Positions 57,491 through 64,000 of a DNA stretch of 64,000 bases are shown here, in pieces (within the stretch, counting starts at the first letter, position 1; each line of letters opens with the position of its first letter). The position numbers and the translations under genes are program-made. Under the pieces are notes generated by a model. It searched no databases, was not told the origin of the DNA, and worked only from the letters and a program-made list of their open reading frames with translations. Origin of the DNA: Vulcanimicrobiota bacterium (GTDB lineage: Bacteria > Vulcanimicrobiota > Xenobia > Xenobiales > JADMJV01); NCBI GenBank assembly GCA_050250895.1, contig JBFWNU010000001.1, positions 1,064,008 through 1,128,007 on the forward strand, written 5' to 3'.

Positions 57491-58270
57491 CTAGGTCACC
57501 GGGAACAGCCAGGCGGAAAGAAAGTAGTTGCTGATGAAGATGATGATCATGGCCGACACCACCGACTCGGTGGTAGCCTTACCGACGCCGGCGGCCCCAC
57601 GCCCGGCGTTCAGGCCCTGATAGCAGGCTACGGCGGCGATCTCGATACCGAAGATGATCGCTTTGAAGAGGCCTTTCCAGACATCGCCCATCTCGGTCAG
57701 ACGCTTCACCGAGTCCCAGAAGACCTCGTAGGGAATGCCCGCCGTCTCGAAGGCCACGAAGGAGCCACCGATCAGTCCGGCGACGTCTGAAAACAGCGCC
57801 AGCACCGGCACCATCGTCATCAGGGCCAGCAGGCGGGGCACCACCAGGTAGCGCACCGGGCTGACGGCCATACAAACCAGGGCATCGATCTGCTCGGTGA
57901 CCTTCATCGAACCGATTTCGGCGGTCACCGCCGAACCGGCCCGACCGGCCACCACGATGGCCGTCAGCATCGGCCCCAGCTCGCGAGCCATGGCCAGGGC
58001 TGCACCGCCGCCCACCATGTTGCCCACCCCGTAACTAACGGCCAAATGCGCCAACTGAAGCGAGATGACCATTCCAGCGAAAGTCGTGGTGAGCAGCACG
58101 ATCAACAACGAGTTCACTCCCAAAAAGGCCATCTGGTTGAGCGTCAAACCCACCCGGATGGCCCCCTTGAAGATGAACCCGAGGCACTCCCAGATCAGCA
58201 TGGTCAAACCGCCAACGTACTCGAGCACGTTGATGATTCCGTTGCCGACTGATTCGAAGAACGCAATCAT
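57491..58270 (-). CDS. mlaE: MlaE ABC permease
   Basis: RELGPMLTAIVVAGRAGSAVTAEIGSMKVTEQIDAL, GVGKATTESVV. Confidence 0.95.
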   Translation of the reverse strand: MIAFFESVGNGIINVLEYVGGLTMLIWECLGFIFKGAIRVGLTLNQMAFLGVNSLLIVLLTTTFAGMVISLQLAHLAVSYGVGNMVGGGAALAMARELGPMLTAIVVAGRAGSAVTAEIGSMKVTEQIDALVCMAVSPVRYLVVPRLLALMTMVPVLALFSDVAGLIGGSFVAFETAGIPYEVFWDSVKRLTEMGDVWKGLFKAIIFGIEIAAVACYQGLNAGRGAAGVGKATTESVVSAMIIIFISNYFLSAWLFPVT

Positions 58271-58276
58271 AGAGAT

Positions 58277-58308
58277 AAAAAGACCTCAAGTTTACGAGAC
58301 TTGAGGTC
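58277..58308 (-). terminator. Intrinsic terminator-like hairpin after the solute-binding protein gene
   Basis: GACCTCAAGT-7nt-ACTTGAGGTC followed by T5 on the minus strand. Confidence 0.65.
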
Positions 58309-58319
58309 AACTGAGTGAC

Positions 58320-59591
58320 TTAATGTAGCACACTTACGGTACTGGACACCAGATCACCGACAGATTTCTCGCCTCGCAGGAAGCTCGGAAGCTCCTTGCC
58401 GATAGAGTCGAGAGTGGAGTTGGCACGTCCTGCCGTGTCGACCGGTTTGGATCGACCCAGAACGTTCACGAAGACGCGCAGGCCGCTGTGTTCGGCCAGA
58501 CGCTCGCGCCGATAGAACGGATTGTCGAAGACTTTGACGTGGGCAGCCAGATAGGGAGTCTGCTCAGCCCAGGCCCGCTGCTGGGGAAAGTCGAGCAGCC
58601 AGAAGGCGAACTCCTGCACCTTGTAGAGTTGCTCGGCATCGGTCTGGAACATGCCCAGCGACCAGACCTGCAATTCGGTGGTCCGGTTCTTGCTGTCAGG
58701 GCCCGGTAGAGAAGCCGTTTTTACGGCCACCCCGTTAGCGCGCAGGCGCAGATAGTCGGCTACGGTGCCGGGGAACATGGCGATCTGGTCGGGCACGAAC
58801 ATCGAGTCGGGGTCGCTGTTGCCTTTGCCCAGTGAGGTCAGGAACTCGAGGGCCTTCTCGATGCCCGCCCCACTGCCTTTGCCGTTGGCCGTAGCCAGAT
58901 CACTACCGGCCTGCCAGGTGAAGATCTGAAGGTTCTTAGCCAGATCCCGCGGCGAACCGGAGGGGGCCAGACGAAAGGCCCACAAACTGGCTTCGGGCTT
59001 GGCAATCTTGGCCGAGACTTTGGTCATCTCTTCCCAGGTGGTGGGAGGAGCAGCTACGCCAGCGGCCTTGAAAATCTCGGTGTTGTAAATGAGCGCCTTG
59101 GTAGTGAAAAAGAAGGGACGAGCCATGAGCTGGTCGCCCACGCTCGAGGCGTCGAACAGCGGCCTGTAGACGTCGTGTTTGACGCTCCAGCTGAAGAGGA
59201 ACTTGTCGCGAGGCATCCAGTCCTCGACACTCATCAGCTTGCCTCCCGAAGCCACGTGCGAAAGCCAGCTGCTTTCCATCACCGCTACCGTAGGCAGCTC
59301 CTTTCCAGACGTAAGGGCACGATAGAGACGATCCGCGTCGGGAAAGTTCTTGGAGGTAAGTTTAACGTAAGGATGGGACCCCTGATATTCAGTGATCATC
59401 GACTCGAGGACCCGAGCTTCGTCACTGGGCAGACTGTACCAAATAGAGATCTCGAACTTGTCGCCCACCGTCGCGCGCGGCGCGGGGGTGGGCTGCTGGG
59501 GTTGTTCGGGCTTGTCTTCGGTCTGCGCGAAGGCCGTAGCACCCAAGAGCAGACTTACTAGTGTGAGGATGATGATTGATGATCGCTTCAA
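58320..59591 (-). CDS. Extracellular solute-binding protein (carbohydrate/UgpB-like family 1)
   Basis: Signal peptide; ALIYNTEIFKAAGVAAPPTTWEEM; SD AAGGAGG with TTG start. Confidence 0.85.
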   Translation of the reverse strand: MKRSSIIILTLVSLLLGATAFAQTEDKPEQPQQPTPAPRATVGDKFEISIWYSLPSDEARVLESMITEYQGSHPYVKLTSKNFPDADRLYRALTSGKELPTVAVMESSWLSHVASGGKLMSVEDWMPRDKFLFSWSVKHDVYRPLFDASSVGDQLMARPFFFTTKALIYNTEIFKAAGVAAPPTTWEEMTKVSAKIAKPEASLWAFRLAPSGSPRDLAKNLQIFTWQAGSDLATANGKGSGAGIEKALEFLTSLGKGNSDPDSMFVPDQIAMFPGTVADYLRLRANGVAVKTASLPGPDSKNRTTELQVWSLGMFQTDAEQLYKVQEFAFWLLDFPQQRAWAEQTPYLAAHVKVFDNPFYRRERLAEHSGLRVFVNVLGRSKPVDTAGRANSTLDSIGKELPSFLRGEKSVGDLVSSTVSVLH

Positions 59592-59720
59592 ATCGATCCC
59601 TCCTTAAATTCCGGCCGTGCGAAAAGGATATCTTGAGAATTTTTCTAGTTGGGAGCGAAAATCCTTTCGCCCAGGGGCATTGTTGTCTGGATCATGCCTG
59701 AAACGGCGAAATGCTAAACC

Positions 59721-60755
59721 CTAGCGCACCTGGAATTCGAGCGTGCCGCGATCCCCAAACATCTGCTCGATCGCGATGCTGAGCGTGTCCTGGCCGGCCA
59801 CCGCCAACTTGGGATAGAGCACCAATCCGCTCACCTCTTGTCCCGGTTGCAGCAGACTATCGAGGGCCGGATCATAGCGCGAGGGCGCCAGCGGCCGATT
59901 GTCTGCGTTCATCATATACATATGCCACTTGAAGGGCTTGAGCGGGGCCTCTTTCACTCCGGTGTTGCGAACTCGCACCTCGAACACGGCGTAGCGGTCG
60001 ACCTGGCGCTCGGTGACCAGACGTTGCTTGAGCATCAGGGTCTCATCCAGATTCATCCCCTCGCGAGCGGCCAGATATTCGGCACAACGATCGACCAGGT
60101 ACTCATCCCAGTAAGTCACCGATACTTGAAGTCGGGTCCGCTGCGGTTCCCACGGATCATTGGTCTGAAATTGATGGATTACCGGAGGGGCCGCCATGCT
60201 GGCCAGCCAGAAAGGGTTCACCAAGCTGGCGCCGGTGGGGTCAAAGGCCGTGGCCGCATCGTAAAACTGGTACATTGTGTAGAGTTGGGCCCCGGTGTTG
60301 ACCGTCGACATCGCCGTGCTGGGGTGGGGGTGGGGGGTGACAAAATCTCTCGTATGCGTATTCTCGGTGAAAGCCCGATGGTAGCGCTCGCGCACCCGCT
60401 TGAGGTCTTCCCGGTCGGGTTTGATCGCCGAGGCCAGAGTCGGGCTGGCGGTGGCCGAGCTGTAGGCAGGCGGCGCGGTGAGGGTTACCAGGTCGCCGGG
60501 ATAGACCGCGGTCCCGTCGGGCAGGCGAGCCGTGGCTGAATACTCCGAGACCGATTCGACCACGGCCTCCCCCACTTTCTGGCCTTGATGAAACACCAAC
60601 CAGCGCTGGCCAGGAGTGACATTCTCCAGTTCACCCCGATTGAAGCGAAAGACCGGCCCGGTGGTTTCGAGTACGGTTCCGCCGTCGGCCAGGGCCATTG
60701 CTGGCAACAGCAGGGCCACCCAAACCAGGAGATATGTCAGTTGCCGAACTTGCAT
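59721..60755 (-). CDS. Secreted hypothetical protein (C-terminal DUF4352-like Ig fold)
   Basis: Signal peptide; FEVRVRNTG...LQPGQEVSGLVLY. Confidence 0.65.
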   Translation of the reverse strand: MQVRQLTYLLVWVALLLPAMALADGGTVLETTGPVFRFNRGELENVTPGQRWLVFHQGQKVGEAVVESVSEYSATARLPDGTAVYPGDLVTLTAPPAYSSATASPTLASAIKPDREDLKRVRERYHRAFTENTHTRDFVTPHPHPSTAMSTVNTGAQLYTMYQFYDAATAFDPTGASLVNPFWLASMAAPPVIHQFQTNDPWEPQRTRLQVSVTYWDEYLVDRCAEYLAAREGMNLDETLMLKQRLVTERQVDRYAVFEVRVRNTGVKEAPLKPFKWHMYMMNADNRPLAPSRYDPALDSLLQPGQEVSGLVLYPKLAVAGQDTLSIAIEQMFGDRGTLEFQVR

Positions 60756-60828
60756 CGCTTTCGGACGGGCCCCTTCAGGAGGAAACCTGCGCCAACATTA
60801 TGAAGCATGACAGTATCCCCTGACAAGA

Positions 60829-61416
60829 GTGAGGCCGTTGTCAACCACCACCCGTAAAGTGCGCCTCAAAAGGCGAGCACCTAAACGCGAGGTCGATCCG
60901 AAGAAAGCGGCCCTGGCTTTCGGGTCTCTCTTAATCTTGTGTATCGCCACCTTTTTCGTGGTCATCAACTATGTGGTCGAGCAAGATCAATCCAAGCTCA
61001 ATCGAACCGCCGACCTTGAATCCCAGGGCCTCTACTTCACCCTCGAAATGGATAAGTCTCGCTACAAGCTGGGCGAACCCATCGATGTCAAGCTGTCGGT
61101 ACGCAATATCACCTCGTCTCCTATCACGCTGAAGTTCGATCAAGACCAAGAATTCGATTTTCTGGTCCAGAAAGAGATGAACTTGCTCTTTGCCCAGGTG
61201 CCCATGAACGTCTGGCGCTTTTCCAACAAGCAGATTCCTCACGAGGACCCCCACAGCATTACCATTCCCCCCGGAAAGGTCAGGGTCTTTTCCGGCACCT
61301 GGGAGCAAGAAGACGCCAAGGGCAAGACGGTCCGGCCGGGTCAATACGTCATCACCGGCTATCTTCGCGCCGAGAATCGCAATGAAACCCTCCAGTTGCG
61401 CGGTGCCACCAAGTAA
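60829..61416 (+). CDS. Membrane-anchored BsuPI (proteinase inhibitor)-like Ig domain protein
   Basis: TM helix followed by LSVRNITSSPITLKF..QEFDFLV...VWRFS...WEQED..G..V.PGQY. Confidence 0.7.
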   Translation: MRPLSTTTRKVRLKRRAPKREVDPKKAALAFGSLLILCIATFFVVINYVVEQDQSKLNRTADLESQGLYFTLEMDKSRYKLGEPIDVKLSVRNITSSPITLKFDQDQEFDFLVQKEMNLLFAQVPMNVWRFSNKQIPHEDPHSITIPPGKVRVFSGTWEQEDAKGKTVRPGQYVITGYLRAENRNETLQLRGATK

Positions 61417-61459
61417 TTGACCGCCGGACCACTTCGTGGTAGCCTTGGAAACGAGGTCT

Positions 61460-61834
61460 GGAGTAGGCTGGGTGACCGCGGAGATTCGTGGGAATCTTTG
61501 AGGAAAGTCCGGGCTCCATAGGGCAGGGCGCTGGATAACGTCCAGTAGGGGCGACCCTCAGGCTAGTGCCACAGAAATGAAGACCGCTAAGCCCCGGTAT
61601 CTGGGGCCAGCAAGGGTGCAACGGTGGGGTAAGAGCCCACCAGCAGCACGGTGACGTGCTGGCTAGGTAAACCCCGCTTGGAGCAAGACCGAATAGGGAA
61701 GCAGGTGCTCGACACCACTGGCGGCCCGTCAGAAGCTTCCGGGTAGCGTCGCTAGAGGTGGGTGGTAACACTCATCACAGATAGATGGTCACCTCCACCA
61801 CGGTGGAACAGAACCCGGCTTATAGGTCTGCTCC
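61460..61834 (+). ncRNA. rnpB: RNase P RNA (bacterial type A)
   Basis: GAGGAAAGTCCGGGCTCC, AGTGCCACAGAAA, GGTAAACCCC, GAGCAAG and ACAGAACCCGGCTTA; P1 pairing GGAGTAGGC/GTCTGCTCC. Confidence 0.98.
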
Positions 61835-62929
61835 AGGCCTCACTTTTGCATAAAAGCGTCGGGTCAAAGACGCGACCCAACGTCCGGCCTCGAGATCATC
61901 AAGACGTTGGGTGATGATGAGGGCGTCCGAAATAAATTGCAGAAAAGCCCCTTGAGCGGAGTTGCGCACGGCGATATCCTCTAGCTCGGTGACCGGGATG
62001 CTCTGAGAGCGCACCGGCACTCCGAAGACGGTGGCGCGCACGCTGACCTGCTGCCGGTCGGCCACCAGCAGCACCCGATAGCCGGCCAACATCACCAGGG
62101 CGATGACCAACAGGCCGGCCAGGGCGTAGAAATAAAGATACTCTTTCTCCAGTCGAGCCAGATCCAACAGGGAGCGATTGCCCGTGGACTTGCCCAGGGG
62201 TAGCAGTGAAAAGCCGAACAACACCGCGAAAAGAACGCCTACTTGAAGGACCAGCTGGGCGCTCCAGAGGCGCCAGTGGAACTCCTGGCGCTCGCTCGAG
62301 AGCGTCTCTTTCACGGCGCAATCGGAGGGCTTGTCGACCTCCTGGCCGAGCAAGATCGGATGGCGATGAACCCGTTCAACAAAGGGCAGGTCAAGCTCTG
62401 ACCGTTCGATGCGCACATCCTTGCCGCCAGCCTTCTCGATGACCGGACAATTGATGGTCTTGGCTACCATCTCGGCCAGGGTGCGACTGGCCATCTGCTG
62501 TCCGACACGCTGGTCGAGGGTGTACTGGTTCTTTCCGTCCACGAGATTGACCAGCCAGACCTCGACCTGACGGCCGCCCCGCTCTTCCTCGATGGAGTAC
62601 AACCGAACCGCCGGTTGCTCGCTCCAGCCAAAGCGCATGCCAGGCCTGAAGAGCCCGTCCTTGACGGTGATGTTGGTCTGAGAGACGGTAATCTTCTTGC
62701 GCGAAAACAAGATCAGGACAACCCCGATCAGACCCATCCCGAGCGCCAGCAACAAGCCCTTGTTCCAATCATATTCGGTGGTCTCGAAGACCAGACGCAT
62801 GGTCAGAGCGTAGAGCGGAACCACCGCGAACACCGAGAGGAAAAGCAAAAAGACGCCGATGTCACGGTTGGCATCGGTGGGGATGGACAGCTCGGTGCTA
62901 TCCCCGCGCCTGGTCTTTTTGACGGCCAT
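61820..62929 (-). CDS. Hypothetical membrane protein (two TM-pair plus PH-like units)
   Basis: Two TM hairpins, each followed by a beta-rich soluble segment; coupled to the upstream gene. Confidence 0.65.
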   Translation of the reverse strand: MAVKKTRRGDSTELSIPTDANRDIGVFLLFLSVFAVVPLYALTMRLVFETTEYDWNKGLLLALGMGLIGVVLILFSRKKITVSQTNITVKDGLFRPGMRFGWSEQPAVRLYSIEEERGGRQVEVWLVNLVDGKNQYTLDQRVGQQMASRTLAEMVAKTINCPVIEKAGGKDVRIERSELDLPFVERVHRHPILLGQEVDKPSDCAVKETLSSERQEFHWRLWSAQLVLQVGVLFAVLFGFSLLPLGKSTGNRSLLDLARLEKEYLYFYALAGLLVIALVMLAGYRVLLVADRQQVSVRATVFGVPVRSQSIPVTELEDIAVRNSAQGAFLQFISDALIITQRLDDLEAGRWVASLTRRFYAKVRPGADL

Positions 62930-64000
62930 TTATCGGCCTACCATACAAACCGTGTTCACCTCTGTCAAGGGAGCGACTTCGCTATAGCTGAGCACCGGCA
63001 GGAAGGGAAAAGACGGCTCTAGCAGTCTGCGCAAAAACCGTCGCGGTTTAGGCGAACACAAAATCACGACCGGCAGGCTCTCGGCCGCCGCCTTCTCGAG
63101 CCCCCGGGCCACCGAACCCAGGATTTTCAGGCTCTCGTCGAGGTCAAGGTCAAGCCAAACGGCCGAGGACGACTCGCGCAACCCTCTCAAGATGGCTCTT
63201 TCGGCGGCTGGATCGAGCATCAAAGCGTGAAGACGACCGACCCGGTCGCTAAAACGGTTGGATAAATGATATCGAAAGGCCGAGCGGACATACTCGGTCA
63301 GCAGATCGGCATCTTCGGTGGCCTCGAGATGGTCCAAAATCGCCTCGAGGATCCCGGGCAGATCGCGAATGGACACCCTTTCGCGCAGCAGATTGCGTAA
63401 AATCTGACGCAACGCTCCCAAGGATAGGCGGTGAGGAAAAAGTTCCTTGTAGAGAGCTGAGTGGCTCTTCTTGACCACTTTAACCAGGGCTTCGACCTCG
63501 CGATAGCCGAGCAGCCGCCAGGCTTGAGCCTCGACCGCCTCGAGCAACGGCCGGGCCAAACGCGCCACCCCGTCGCCGGGCTCGAGTTCACTAGAGATGG
63601 CATCGACGCCTCGAATCCGCACTCTATAAGCCAAACCCTCCAGGGCCGGCTCCAGGCGCACCGGAATCGGCGAAAGCATCAAGCCAAATTCAAGTTCGAG
63701 ACGCTGGCGAGAAAGTTCGACCAACTCGTCGAGCCCTTCACTGGGAAAGCCCGGTCCCACCACCATCTCGATTTGAGCCAATTCTAACGTGGCGATCAAC
63801 TCAGAGGCTTTGACGCCAAGCCTCTTGGCGAGACTGGACGGCTTTTTACCCAGGGCCCGGACCAGCCGAATCGGAGTGGGCGCCTGATGACTCTTCTGGG
63901 CCGCGGCCAGGGCCAGGGCAACCATTCGGTAAAGACTTTCCGGAATAATTTGGTCCTGACGCAACTCTTTCATGATGTCAGGACCAAATTTGGCTGACTC
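62930..64000 (-). CDS. FHIPEP/FlhA cytoplasmic-domain protein with FlhB-C-like N-terminal segment (5' end probably beyond window)
   Basis: FlhA-C motifs LRNLLRERVSIRDLPGILE, DLLTEYVR, PVILCSPKPR and VLSYSEV. The frame stays open to base 64000 (ESAKFGPDI before MKELRQ). Confidence 0.8.
   Translation of the reverse strand, partial: ESAKFGPDIMKELRQDQIIPESLYRMVALALAAAQKSHQAPTPIRLVRALGKKPSSLAKRLGVKASELIATLELAQIEMVVGPGFPSEGLDELVELSRQRLELEFGLMLSPIPVRLEPALEGLAYRVRIRGVDAISSELEPGDGVARLARPLLEAVEAQAWRLLGYREVEALVKVVKKSHSALYKELFPHRLSLGALRQILRNLLRERVSIRDLPGILEAILDHLEATEDADLLTEYVRSAFRYHLSNRFSDRVGRLHALMLDPAAERAILRGLRESSSAVWLDLDLDESLKILGSVARGLEKAAAESLPVVILCSPKPRRFLRRLLEPSFPFLPVLSYSEVAPLTEVNTVCMVGR

Overview
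GC-rich bacterial chromosomal window made up mostly of housekeeping genes. Gene content (yqgF-DUF3084-lptG-lptB-lptC, long MlaD with MlaEF only, SpoIVB/S55 fusion, SMC, complex I without NuoEFG) suggests a diderm Terrabacteria lineage such as Eremiobacterota or Armatimonadota; this placement is inference only. Recognisable genes: secA (partial), LPS-export genes, nfo, a GH1 glucosidase, a DEDDh exonuclease, smc, comEC, a hemL-polyprenyl synthase-nuoABCDHJK/LMN operon, panT-like/coaX, lysS, alr, rpsU, mlaEFD and RNase P RNA. Best leads: (1) a coupled four-gene cassette (class-III aminotransferase, SRPBCC lipid-binding protein, acyl-ACP-reductase homologue, uncharacterised protein) that looks like a long-chain alkylamine biosynthesis pathway; (2) an ORF-free ~140-nt transcription unit with a near-consensus sigma70 promoter, paired DnaA boxes and a strong terminator; (3) a second structured intergenic RNA; (4) a 39-aa unannotated ORF behind an exact ECF41-type promoter; (5) an apparent FlhB-C/FlhA-C fusion at the window edge; (6) two stand-alone pseudokinases; (7) a nuo operon with no nuoI, split by an antisense gene and preceded by a Rex/CRP-like palindrome. 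No CRISPR array, rRNA, tRNA, transposase or integrase was seen. All family calls come from motif recognition by eye, not from database searches.
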